64,000 bases of DNA from Candidatus Saccharimonadota bacterium (GTDB lineage: Bacteria > Patescibacteriota > Saccharimonadia > Saccharimonadales > AWTP1-31): NCBI GenBank assembly GCA_036826335.1, contig DAISWP010000001.1, positions 65,272 to 129,271 of the forward strand, given 5' to 3'. Below, piece by piece: positions 36,932 to 45,173 of this stretch. Position 1 is the first letter of the stretch, and the number at the start of each line of letters is the position of its first letter. The notes beneath the pieces are model-generated. The model saw only the letters and a program-made list of their open reading frames with translations. It made no database searches and was not told where the DNA came from. The translations under genes were made by a program, and so were the position numbers.

Positions 36932-37351
36932 CTACGCGTTTAATGCTAGCTGGGCTAGTGCCTGAGGGACGTTCCCGTCTTCATTCCAAGCCACAAAGTC
37001 TCTTGCAGCCTCGGCGGCACTTTCAGCAACCAGCCCAACAGGCACAGGGGGCGTATCTGTTGCATAATACGCGTTTTCTCCAACTACTATAACCCCTATC
37101 TCTTCAATCCTGCTGCCTGGCCAGCCCGGTTCGGCATGATGAGGGTCAATTGCATCACGGAGCACCTCTGCTTCAGCTTTGTCCCACAAGGTCCCCATAT
37201 AGTAGGTCTCTTCTTCGGAGCGCCAATCACTCGAGTATCTGATATCCATCACTCGATAGGCTGTGTGTTGCCCGTCCGTTCTTGTGGTTTCCCCTCGTTC
37301 CGCTGCATCTGGCATAACACTGTCCTTGTTTATAGCTTTATTATCACTCAC
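36932..37351 (-). CDS. Hypothetical protein (139 aa)
   Basis: ORF only. Confidence 0.4.
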   Translation of the reverse strand: MSDNKAINKDSVMPDAAERGETTRTDGQHTAYRVMDIRYSSDWRSEEETYYMGTLWDKAEAEVLRDAIDPHHAEPGWPGSRIEEIGVIVVGENAYYATDTPPVPVGLVAESAAEAARDFVAWNEDGNVPQALAQLALNA

Positions 37352-37444
37352 TACAAATGATTTGCAAGCATGAGCAAATAACCAGGCATGACTTGAACCT
37401 AAACAATGGAGTTAGAATAAAAAGTAGATTAACGCATATTGTTG

Positions 37445-38002
37445 CTAGTCTTTATACTCAATCGAGCTAACTTTGTGGCCCAAGTGTCGTTCCGTCTTTG
37501 TGACGCCATTTTCTTCAAAACGACGAGAGTCAAAAACGTACGTGCCTAACTTTGGGAATAAACTGGCAGGTTTGCTTTTGACTACTCTTTCGCCACGAAA
37601 CGTGACCACACGTAATTGGTCTGGATTGGTGACTTCTTGAATATCAGTAATTACTTTTGTTGAACCATCAGGTTGTTGCTCCACTAGTTCTATCCTGGTC
37701 TTTTCTGTGGAGCTCCTCAGCAAATATGCAGCTGCAACTGTTCTTGCATCATTGATGCCAACATCTACAAATACGGTAATGTCTTGCTTGGGCTGCTCGA
37801 TCCCCGTCTTTGTCTTGAAACGAGTAGTGTGCCCTTTGTCGTCATACGTATATATCGATCCATGGGAAGTAGTGAATGAGCTTACCGAATCCTGTGGGCG
37901 TGTTTCAGGTGTTGCGTTGGGTTCTACCTGTACATCAATTGGGCTGGGGTTGGGCTGACCAGACGTTTCTTCTGCCATAGGTTCAATCATAACAGACGGC
38001 AA
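37445..38002 (-). CDS. Hypothetical protein (185 aa)
   Basis: ORF only. Confidence 0.4.
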   Translation of the reverse strand: MPSVMIEPMAEETSGQPNPSPIDVQVEPNATPETRPQDSVSSFTTSHGSIYTYDDKGHTTRFKTKTGIEQPKQDITVFVDVGINDARTVAAAYLLRSSTEKTRIELVEQQPDGSTKVITDIQEVTNPDQLRVVTFRGERVVKSKPASLFPKLGTYVFDSRRFEENGVTKTERHLGHKVSSIEYKD

Positions 38003-38021
38003 AATGAGCCTGAATCTGCCC

Positions 38022-38897
38022 CTAGGTCTTTATTAGTATCGCCGAAAGAACTACTAGTGCAGCGGCGCTAATTTTACGAAGTACATGGCCTTTTTCTTTA
38101 AGCAAGAAATAACTCAAGAATACTGTTAGAACAACCTGTGAGGTGAGGAGCATGGCTACCTTAGCTGGTTGTGGTGCACTACGATATGCGTAATATGCAA
38201 ACAAGAAGTTACCCATGCTTGGAAGTGCGGTGAGGATAGGAATGCCAAATGTTGTTTTTCGTTCAGCAGTCTTCAGATCTTTGATTACAACGCGCCATTT
38301 AATAGCGAACACAACTGCTGCCGCACCAAGGTAAGCAATTACTAGGTAGGTTGCTGCACCGACTTGTTTTGAAATCTCTGCACTAGAAAGTTGAAAAACG
38401 GAAAATAGAAAGGCTGATAGTATCATCAATCCTACACCTTTTCGGTGCAGTTCAACTTTGCCCGTTACTACACTAAAAATCGCTAGCGTGAGCAGAATTA
38501 GTCCAAATACGTTCAAGGCAGTTAGGTGAAGATTTAGGAATACCAGTGAAAGAAACGTATTAAAGAACAGTATTGATGAGAAGGCAATTTGTGCGGTACC
38601 GTTCGTCAGGTTTTTCATCGACGCAAAGTATGTAATATTTCCAAGCCCTTGGCCCAAGACTACAAGAGCTACTGTCAGCAAGCTCACTTCCGAGAAGTTA
38701 AAGTGAAGTCCTCCCAAGAGGGGGGAGAGGAGGAGCGCTATGACTGCTCCAGAAAATGACAGCAGGGTAGCTTGTGTGTAGGCGGAAACTTTTAGCTTGT
38801 TCGAGAGTACTTTTGTCATAACCCCGTAGATAGAACGGAATATAACAGATAAAAAGGTTAGTAAAAGCCAGTCCATTGAACAATAATAACAGACCAA
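38022..38897 (-). CDS. DMT-superfamily (EamA-like) transporter
   Basis: About 10 TM helices in two 5-TM halves. Confidence 0.7.
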   Translation of the reverse strand: MVCYYCSMDWLLLTFLSVIFRSIYGVMTKVLSNKLKVSAYTQATLLSFSGAVIALLLSPLLGGLHFNFSEVSLLTVALVVLGQGLGNITYFASMKNLTNGTAQIAFSSILFFNTFLSLVFLNLHLTALNVFGLILLTLAIFSVVTGKVELHRKGVGLMILSAFLFSVFQLSSAEISKQVGAATYLVIAYLGAAAVVFAIKWRVVIKDLKTAERKTTFGIPILTALPSMGNFLFAYYAYRSAPQPAKVAMLLTSQVVLTVFLSYFLLKEKGHVLRKISAAALVVLSAILIKT

Positions 38898-39061
38898 ACA
38901 GGACTCAAACCAAAATAACAGAGGTGAGCGATGTGTATTCGATTAGAACGTACTCCTTACGGAGTTGAGTTGGTAGGAAGGGCTGCATGGACTAGTAATA
39001 TAGGAGGGCTAATCTACCTGGTAGTAGTGGAACTTACGGGAGCAAGCTATAATCAACCGCA
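38898..39061. repeat. Intergenic repeat copy R1 (tRNA-end-like repeat family)
   Basis: Shares the core GTRYATTCGAWT.GAACGYACTYCTT.GGAG.T.AGT.GGTRG with R2 and R3. Contains GGACTCAAACC (T-arm-like, reverse complement). Confidence 0.5.
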
Positions 39062-39934
39062 GTGTTAGGAATCATTTTTGCTCTATGCGCAGCTTTGTTC
39101 ATTGCTCTTGCTCAAATTGCACTAAGGAAAAGCTACAAAGAATTTAAACCATCGGTAGGGTTTTTCTTTGATGCCCTGTTTGGTTTGGTGTTGTGGGTGC
39201 CACTAGCGCTGGTGATGGGTGTAACCTTCGGGGTAAGTTTTGAACAGGCGATCTTCTATGCAGTTATCTCAGCAATATTATCTGAGGCGCTGTTCTTCTA
39301 TGCCCTGAGTCATGGAGAGCTGGCAGTGACTGCGACAGTTCTAGCAACCTACCCAGTCTATACGGTCTTGTTCTCAATCATACTCAACGACGAAGTGCTG
39401 ACCCCCGAGCTACTATTTTTTGTTATGCTAGCAATCCTTGGTAGCGTCGTGGCAACCATCCCGGATAAGCTCAAAAAATCGGAACTAAAACTTAGTAAAG
39501 CAATAGTCTGGCCGTTCTTGGCAGCAATAGGGGTGGGGTTGTCTGACACCCTGTCAAAAGGCTATATTGCCCGATCGGGTGACTTCAGTTTTCTATTTGC
39601 CTTGGGTTTCATTCAGATTCCTGTAGCTCTCGCATATCTAAGATTGGAACGACAGTCGGTTATTAGCGCAGTAAAAGGAGCTGTCCATGACTTCAATTTA
39701 TACAGAAAAGCACTCATTGGGGGATTCTTGAACATTGTTGGAACGGGCTTTCTTTGGCTTAGTTTTTCCTATGCACCTGCGTCGATAGTCTCACCAATAA
39801 CTGGCGCGAGTGGGGCTTTATCTGTTATGTTTGCCCGTTTTGCTTTTGCTGAAAAGCTATCCGTCAGGAAATACCTAGGAATTCTTTTAGCCCTAGTCGG
39901 CGTGTTTGGCATAGCTCTAGTTTATAAAGAATAA
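39062..39934 (+). CDS. DMT-superfamily (EamA-like) transporter
   Basis: GTG start. 10-TM topology. Divergent from the other EamA gene. Confidence 0.7.
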   Translation: MLGIIFALCAALFIALAQIALRKSYKEFKPSVGFFFDALFGLVLWVPLALVMGVTFGVSFEQAIFYAVISAILSEALFFYALSHGELAVTATVLATYPVYTVLFSIILNDEVLTPELLFFVMLAILGSVVATIPDKLKKSELKLSKAIVWPFLAAIGVGLSDTLSKGYIARSGDFSFLFALGFIQIPVALAYLRLERQSVISAVKGAVHDFNLYRKALIGGFLNIVGTGFLWLSFSYAPASIVSPITGASGALSVMFARFAFAEKLSVRKYLGILLALVGVFGIALVYKE

Positions 39935-40071
39935 AAAAACCTCCGTTTCCAGAGGCAAAAATGCTTAGGGTGTCTCAGCTCAATAAGTAAGCAAAGGTAT
40001 TGTCTTGCTCTGTAGGCTGAGCAAAAGCTGTGGCTCGTAGTGAGGCATACTAGCCTGGCAACTACCTATTG

Positions 40072-40806
40072 TTATTGTTGAATAATTTGAGTGCTTTGAT
40101 CAATCAGGTACTGTGCGAAATTTGAACCAGGTGCCTCGCCATAGGTTGCGAGTTGAACAATGCTAAGCTTGAATGAATGGTCTGGGCCATGTAGGTTTAT
40201 AACACCATCTCTATGTCGAGTTGCAACCGATATGCCAGTTACCCCTGACTCATCCCGAACCTGCTCGACAAATTGCTCTGTGTAAGCTTTGCTTTTTGGG
40301 TGATTGACTACACCCAATGCAACCCGGACTTGTTGACCGGCAAAATTAGGACTGCCAGGGCCTGATGAAAGTCCTGCCAGTATGGTTGGGCCTACTCTAT
40401 GTGGCTTATCATCGATAAGACCAACAGGCCTGTGAAGAGCGCGCTCTGCTATGTATCCACCTTTACGTTCTTCACTACCAGTCAATACTATGTGGTCAGG
40501 CTTAAGATAGGCATCTAAACCCAACTTAAGGATGGAGCGTTCAGTAACAAATCTCCTGATTGGGATATCTGGTCTACGCGATATTACTCCCGCTATTTCG
40601 ACATCGTGTCTCTGAACCCCTCTTAGAAAAGCAGTATAGCCCACCATAGAAGGTAGGGGATATTTAAGCCAATTTCGTGGATCGAACTTAGAAACTAGCT
40701 CAACGGCCGTTCCATCGAAATCGCTCCAGAATTCCGGTGATGGTGATGCTTGTCGTTGTGGCATTAAGATAACACTATTCTCAGGAAGATTATTATGCAA
40801 GCACAA
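40072..40806 (-). CDS. HAD-superfamily-like hydrolase (tentative)
   Basis: N-terminal FWSDFDGTAVE resembles HAD motif I (DxDGT). Confidence 0.45.
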   Translation of the reverse strand: MCLHNNLPENSVILMPQRQASPSPEFWSDFDGTAVELVSKFDPRNWLKYPLPSMVGYTAFLRGVQRHDVEIAGVISRRPDIPIRRFVTERSILKLGLDAYLKPDHIVLTGSEERKGGYIAERALHRPVGLIDDKPHRVGPTILAGLSSGPGSPNFAGQQVRVALGVVNHPKSKAYTEQFVEQVRDESGVTGISVATRHRDGVINLHGPDHSFKLSIVQLATYGEAPGSNFAQYLIDQSTQIIQQ

Positions 40807-41045
40807 GCATACAAAAACTTCTCAATAACAGATTTACAAAGGCTTATGTCGGCCCATGTACATTCGATAATCGAGCGGTTAGCGAGATTATATGCCGAAC
40901 CCAAGAGCACCCTTCCTAACTTGTAGACAAAGTGTTCCTGGCGAGAAGCTATAATTGGAACGTACTTCTTGCGGAGTTGAGTCGGTGGAAACAGCTTTAT
41001 AGGGGCGGAGTAGGGGTTACGTACTCTACCGGAGCAGACTAGAAC
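40807..41045. repeat. Intergenic repeat copy R2 (R3-like with an 85-bp insertion)
   Basis: About 80% identical to R3 over its roughly 100-bp core. Ends ...GCAGACTAGAACCTAT. Insertion contains AATCTCGC, as in the tRNA-CAU 3' region. Confidence 0.5.
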
Positions 41046-41618
41046 CTATTTCTTTAATTCTTTCCGCCTCATGACTATCAGTGCAGCAATAGCGCCAACC
41101 GTTAGTGCATTCTGAAAAGCAGGGAGCATAAGTATCCAGTCCAGCTTGCCGACAGCAAGTACGGCAAAAACACTGGCAATTGCGCTCCAAGTCCAAGTTG
41201 GCACGTATTCAGTGTTTGGTTTTTTGTAAACCTTCGCCGCTACTAGAATTTTTCCAAGTGTATTTACGGTAACGCTGCAAATAATGGCTATTGCGGCTGA
41301 CTTAGTAACGACCCAAATAACCATGATTAGGATTGCGAGTATAAGGCTTAAAATATCGAACTTCCCAAATCCGCCCATGCCGTATTTTAGAGTCAGAGAG
41401 AAAATAATGATGGCTTGAACGAATAGGACCAGCGGAAACCAGAGAGAGTTAGTCGCACCTTCTGCAAGTTGTGCAAAGAATGATATTCCACTAAGTGTTA
41501 TAAATATGACCCAAGCCATGCGTTGAGGCTTGGTATTGCCTTTAACAATATCAATGATGTAGGGGATTGAAGCAACGAGAGCAATTACTCCGCTAAGTAT
41601 GCCAAAGAACTGAAACAT
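41046..41618 (-). CDS. Hypothetical polytopic membrane protein (190 aa)
   Basis: Five to six hydrophobic helices. KKELKK tail. Confidence 0.5.
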   Translation of the reverse strand: MFQFFGILSGVIALVASIPYIIDIVKGNTKPQRMAWVIFITLSGISFFAQLAEGATNSLWFPLVLFVQAIIIFSLTLKYGMGGFGKFDILSLILAILIMVIWVVTKSAAIAIICSVTVNTLGKILVAAKVYKKPNTEYVPTWTWSAIASVFAVLAVGKLDWILMLPAFQNALTVGAIAALIVMRRKELKK

Positions 41619-41835
41619 GCATTAATCATACCAAACACCAAGAATGACTCGAACCTATTTACTCCTTAGAATTTTGGGTAAACAAAAACCTCTGCTACGA
41701 ATAACAGAGGAGATAATGCTTATGGTAGCCCAAGTACATTCGAATTGGAACGCACTTCTTGAGGAGCTAAGTCGGTGGTTACAGTTATATAGGGTTGGAG
41801 AATGAGTTGCTTACTCTACCGCAGCGGACTAGAAC
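41619..41835. repeat. Intergenic repeat copy R3
   Basis: Flanked by direct repeats GACTCGAACCTAT (41644-41656) and GACTAGAACCTAT (41822-41834). Contains TGGTAGCCC (CCA-end-like, reverse complement) and the TTCGAAT T-loop heptamer. Confidence 0.5.
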
Positions 41836-42609
41836 CTATGCTGCAAGCCCACGCCTAATTAAACCAAAGCCACCAAAGAGGCCACTATCCTCCCCGAACT
41901 TAGTAACCGTAAGGTGTAAACCTAGTTCGCTTCCTATTTTATTCAATAGGTCCGTGTGCTTGATAGCTAGCCCACCACCAAAAACCACTGCTTTGGGCGT
42001 GTAGGTGTCGCAATATTTCTTCAGGTTTGTTTCAAACATTGCGGCAACTGTATCCCACTCTTCCGTCGTGAATTCTGTCGTTGGTTTACCAAACTTAGAA
42101 TTCAGCGCATTGCCACCATTTTCTAGTTCCCAATCTTTGTAAGATGTTTCCCAAATACGCTTTTCTACTTTTATACCATCATGCTCATGACGTATCGTGG
42201 AACCACCAATACCTGTGCCCCAGATAATATAGTCAAAATCTCCTGACGTTTCGCCAAAAAACACTTCACCCAGTCCCATAGCAACTGCGTCATTATCCAT
42301 AAATACAGGACAGTGAAGCTTTCCTGATATGTCAGCGGCAATTGGTCGACTCATCCAACTTTGCAAATTCTCGGCGTGAAGCAGCTCTGTTCCCTCGTCA
42401 TTTAGTGTCCCTGGGATACCAATACCAACTGCTTGAATTGGCTCACCCTGCGAAAGCCTTAAGGCTTCATCGACAATAAAGCCGATGTCGTTGACGTAGT
42501 CATGGGTGTTAACTCGCCGCACTATCGTCTCGTCAAATGCTAGAGTCTCAAGACCATTAGACGACGCAAGTCGTGTATTCGTTCCACCAACATCTACAGA
42601 TATAAACAT
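41836..42609 (-). CDS. ROK-family sugar kinase (glucokinase-like)
   Basis: N-terminal ISVDVGGTNTRLA. ...DNDAVAMGLGE... ROK signature region. Confidence 0.75.
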   Translation of the reverse strand: MFISVDVGGTNTRLASSNGLETLAFDETIVRRVNTHDYVNDIGFIVDEALRLSQGEPIQAVGIGIPGTLNDEGTELLHAENLQSWMSRPIAADISGKLHCPVFMDNDAVAMGLGEVFFGETSGDFDYIIWGTGIGGSTIRHEHDGIKVEKRIWETSYKDWELENGGNALNSKFGKPTTEFTTEEWDTVAAMFETNLKKYCDTYTPKAVVFGGGLAIKHTDLLNKIGSELGLHLTVTKFGEDSGLFGGFGLIRRGLAA

Positions 42610-42725
42610 GGCTCAATAGTACCATACGACCAAGAAAGACTCGAACCTAAGTAACAGGGGTGGTTGCAATGGGAAAAGAAAAAGAGACTGGTTTTGGAAC
42701 CAATCTCTATCTGTAAACTTTCACT
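42610..42725. repeat. Intergenic repeat copy R4 (short)
   Basis: AGACTCGAACCTAAGTAACAGG, like the R1 and R3 5' parts. Abuts the tRNA-fMet 3' end. Confidence 0.4.
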
Positions 42726-42800
42726 TGGTAGCGGGGGCAGGACTCGAACCTGCGACCTTATGGTTATGAGCCATACGAGCTGCCGCTGCTCCACCCCGCG
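42726..42800 (-). tRNA. Initiator-type tRNA-Met (CAU)
   Basis: Minus strand CGCGGGG-TG-GAGC-AGCGGCA-GCTC-G-TATGG-CTCATAA-CCATA-AGGTC-GCAGG-TTCGAGT-CCTGC-CCCCGCT-A-CCA. The 5' end is CGCGGGG with an unpaired 1-72 position, as in bacterial initiators. Confidence 0.75.
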
Positions 42801-42902
42801 ATAGTAAAGCTGGATTATTGTAGCAGAACAGATACAGACAGTCAATTGTTGGCGATAAACTGAGCAATAAAAAAAGACCTCCGGAGAGGTCTTTTAGTGC
42901 TG

Positions 42903-43211
42903 TTACCAGCTGCGTTGTCGGCCACCGCCGCCACCGCCACCACCGAAGTCACGACGAGGTCGTTCTTCACGTGGGCGAGCTTCGTTAACGGTTACAGTTC
43001 GTCCGCCAACTTCGCTGTTGTGTAGAGCCTTCTCGGCTGCTTTGCCTTCTTCGTCATTTTCGAATTCGACAAAACCAAATCCCTTGCTACGGCCAGTTTC
43101 GCGGTCTTTGACCACGACAGCTGAAGCAACGGTACCGTGAGCGCCGAACAAGTCGGCTAGCTCTTCGTCGGTGGTGCTAAATGGCAAGCCACCTACAAAT
43201 AGTTTGTACAT
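42903..43211 (-). CDS. RRM-domain RNA-binding protein with a Gly-rich C-terminal tail
   Basis: RNP2 KLFVGGL and RNP1 KGFGFVEF. C-terminal RDFGGGGGGGGRQRSW. Confidence 0.75.
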   Translation of the reverse strand: MYKLFVGGLPFSTTDEELADLFGAHGTVASAVVVKDRETGRSKGFGFVEFENDEEGKAAEKALHNSEVGGRTVTVNEARPREERPRRDFGGGGGGGGRQRSW

Positions 43212-43391
43212 GTATTTATTCCTTTGTTGTTAATCGCAAGTACGACCTGTTACCTTATCGTCTGTCTCTGCCACCGAATTTGCGATTTCCAACTGGAACT
43301 GCGATCGATCTGAGCTAAAGAACTATAAGAACCTGCAGCCCAAATTTAAACACAAACATCACCGTAAAGCAAACTATTATTAGTAATAGTA

Positions 43392-43419
43392 TTGACAAAT
43401 AAGCAAAGTTATGTATAAT
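43392..43419 (+). promoter_or_regulatory. Near-consensus sigma70 promoter (TTGACA-16 nt-TATAAT)
   Basis: TTGACA at 43392-43397 and TATAAT at 43414-43419. AT-rich context. Confidence 0.5.
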
Positions 43420-43481
43420 AGTAATTAGTTTTGAGTGATCAACAAAACAAAAATCAACCAAAAAACAAAGGAAATTATTAG

Positions 43482-43565
43482 ATGAAAACTCCATTACAAC
43501 TTAGCTACGAACTATTACCAACAACCGATAGCCGACTAGCTGAATACGACGATCTACTCGCGTAA
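43482..43565 (+). CDS. 27-codon small ORF (MKTPLQLSYELLPTTDSRLAEYDDLLA)
   Basis: AAAGGA SD 8 nt upstream. Sits between the consensus promoter and the intrinsic terminator. Too short for the ORF track. Confidence 0.4.
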   Translation: MKTPLQLSYELLPTTDSRLAEYDDLLA

Positions 43566-43582
43566 AATTGATATCCAAATGA

Positions 43583-43612
43583 AAAAGCTCTCTAGCAAAA
43601 GAGAGCTTTTTT
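43583..43612 (+). terminator. Rho-independent terminator (AAAAAGCTCTCT-agcaa-AAGAGAGCTTTTTT)
   Basis: Perfect 12-bp stem including the A/T extension, followed by a T-run. Confidence 0.65.
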
Positions 43613-43620
43613 AATGTCTT

Positions 43621-43640
43621 CTGGTAGCAGGGGCGAGATT
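43621..43640. repeat. Direct repeat of the tRNA-CAU 3' end (att-site-like)
   Basis: The string TGGTAGCAGGGGCGAGATT recurs at 43806-43826 inside the tRNA gene, 165 bp away. Confidence 0.55.
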
Positions 43641-43774
43641 ATCGGCTAGTGCCTCCTCCGCTCAATAGTGCGCGCAGTAAACTGCTGTGCATATTTCGCT
43701 ACACGACCTCGCGACGAGTATCTCCGCCTGCTGGCGGGTCCACGGCCGCTCGTTACAAATGTGGCCCCAACCAT

Positions 43775-43800
43775 GCAAAAACCCCACAGATGTGGGGTCC
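43775..43800 (-). terminator. Intrinsic terminator after the tRNA on the minus strand (ACCCCAC-atct-GTGGGGT + TTTTTGC)
   Basis: 7-bp stem plus U-run immediately downstream of the tRNA 3' end. Confidence 0.5.
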
Positions 43801-43805
43801 TTACA

Positions 43806-43882
43806 TGGTAGCAGGGGCGAGATTTGAACTCGCGACCCCAGGCTTATGAGTCCTGTGCTCTAACCAACTGAGCTACCCTGCC
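43806..43882 (-). tRNA. tRNA with CAU anticodon (elongator Met or Ile2/lysidine type)
   Basis: Minus strand GGCAGGG-TA-GCTC-AGTTGGTTA-GAGC-A-CAGGA-CTCATAA-GCCTG-GGGTC-GCGAG-TTCAAAT-CTCGC-CCCTGCT-A-CCA. One A-G mismatch closing the anticodon stem. Confidence 0.75.
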
Positions 43883-43924
43883 GTAATTAACAGAGATGAA
43901 TATACCATATCTGTATCTGTTAAG

Positions 43925-44461
43925 CTAGTTATCGAATTGCTGAGCAGGGACACGTTCCCAGTTATACAGACAATGATCAAGAACAAACAGGAAGTTAGCT
44001 TTAACATTTTCTGGAATCTGTGCAGCTGTTAGCTCAAGCAGCTCTTTTTTTGTAAGCAGTCTAATGTCATTAGATTCTCCGTCGGCTGGCGGGTTGTGGG
44101 GTGGCTCGGAGGCAACAAAGCCATAGCAAATGTCGGTATGGTAGTGGTCGAGGTCACCAAACTTATGAGTCTGGTGCGATAAAGGGTAAGGGTGGAAAAT
44201 TACCGAAGATGAGGTCTTGATGCGATCTTTTGGCTGCAAGAGTTTGAGCTGGTGCATTTCGTAACCGGACTCTTCTCGCAATTCGTGCGTAACGGCTTGC
44301 CACGGAGTCTCGTGCAGTTCAACATGGCCCCCAAACTGTATAAGCATCCCCAGTTTTTTGTGCATGTGAATCATGACTTTTGGCTCGTCAAAATCCGTTC
44401 TTACAATAAAGGCGCTGGCAGTTTGGTCGTGTTGACCGGGTTTTGTGTGAATATGGGACAT
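43925..44461 (-). CDS. NUDIX hydrolase
   Basis: Nudix box GGHVELHETPWQAVTHELREESGY. Confidence 0.65.
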   Translation of the reverse strand: MSHIHTKPGQHDQTASAFIVRTDFDEPKVMIHMHKKLGMLIQFGGHVELHETPWQAVTHELREESGYEMHQLKLLQPKDRIKTSSSVIFHPYPLSHQTHKFGDLDHYHTDICYGFVASEPPHNPPADGESNDIRLLTKKELLELTAAQIPENVKANFLFVLDHCLYNWERVPAQQFDN

Positions 44462-44717
44462 GCCTATACGCTACTACACCTATAGGGTATTTGTCGAAAC
44501 CAGATGGTGGATATGACAATGGTCTGACTCTCGTTGACCAAAGCATAAGTAACATGGTTCAATGCTGGTACATATGCGCAAAGAACCTGCATCACATCGA
44601 ACCTGGCTGCGTGCAGCATGCTTGCGCTTGTGCCGATTACACTTTGGTTTGCTGATCCTGTATGGCGTGCTTGTTGGCGTATATGACTCGGCTCACCTTA
44701 TGGCGCCGGATATCATT

Positions 44718-45131
44718 ATGAAACGCTCAGTAACGTTTGGAATTTTGCTGGTAGCCAATACAGCTCTCTGGTATGCGGCGCACAAAGAAGTCCAGAGGAG
44801 TAGTTATTATAAATGGCTGATCTATGGAGTTGTTCTGATTGACTTGGTCTTGGCTACAGTGAGTGTCTATACGGATAGGGGCGTGGCGAGCCGAGATGTG
44901 GCACTGTTTGCGTTGCCGATTATTTCGGCCGCTGTGTTGGTGAATCGCAGTGCAATATATGGAACTGCCTTCCTAAGCTTGGCCGCCTATGTGGCAGTGA
45001 GTATGCGCTATTACTTTTTGCACCCAAATGAAATGCTGCATGTAGAGATCTACGGCATGCTTGTTTTTCACAGCGCCATATTTTTAGCAGTCGCCAGTTT
45101 GCTGTGGGTTGTTGTCCGCGCTCGTAAGTAA
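44718..45131 (+). CDS. Hypothetical 4-TM membrane protein
   Basis: Start set at MKRSVTFGILLVAN. The track ORF extends upstream to 44562 with a non-membrane-like, Arg/Cys-rich N-terminus. Confidence 0.35.
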   Translation: MKRSVTFGILLVANTALWYAAHKEVQRSSYYKWLIYGVVLIDLVLATVSVYTDRGVASRDVALFALPIISAAVLVNRSAIYGTAFLSLAAYVAVSMRYYFLHPNEMLHVEIYGMLVFHSAIFLAVASLLWVVVRARK

Positions 45132-45173
45132 GTACTTCACAGCCACACACAAAAGGAATAGAATATTGTCCCC

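Noticed and set aside
38898-42725. R1-R4 repeats as genuine tRNA genes or pseudogenes
   Set aside because: They contain T-arm, T-loop and CCA-end-like strings but cannot be folded into a cloverleaf. No anticodon arm is present.

Reported as a repeat family instead.
43649-43849. 66-aa plus-strand ORF between the tRNA 3'-end repeats
   Set aside because: Overlaps the tRNA gene and its terminator antisense. Arg/Pro-rich translation.

Spurious.
44443-44717. Upstream extension of the membrane-protein ORF (track start 44562) and the 70-aa ORF at 44443-44655
   Set aside because: The Arg/Cys-rich N-terminal extension is unlike the hydrophobic remainder. Start reassigned to the internal Met at 44718.

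The region may instead hold promoter or leader sequence.
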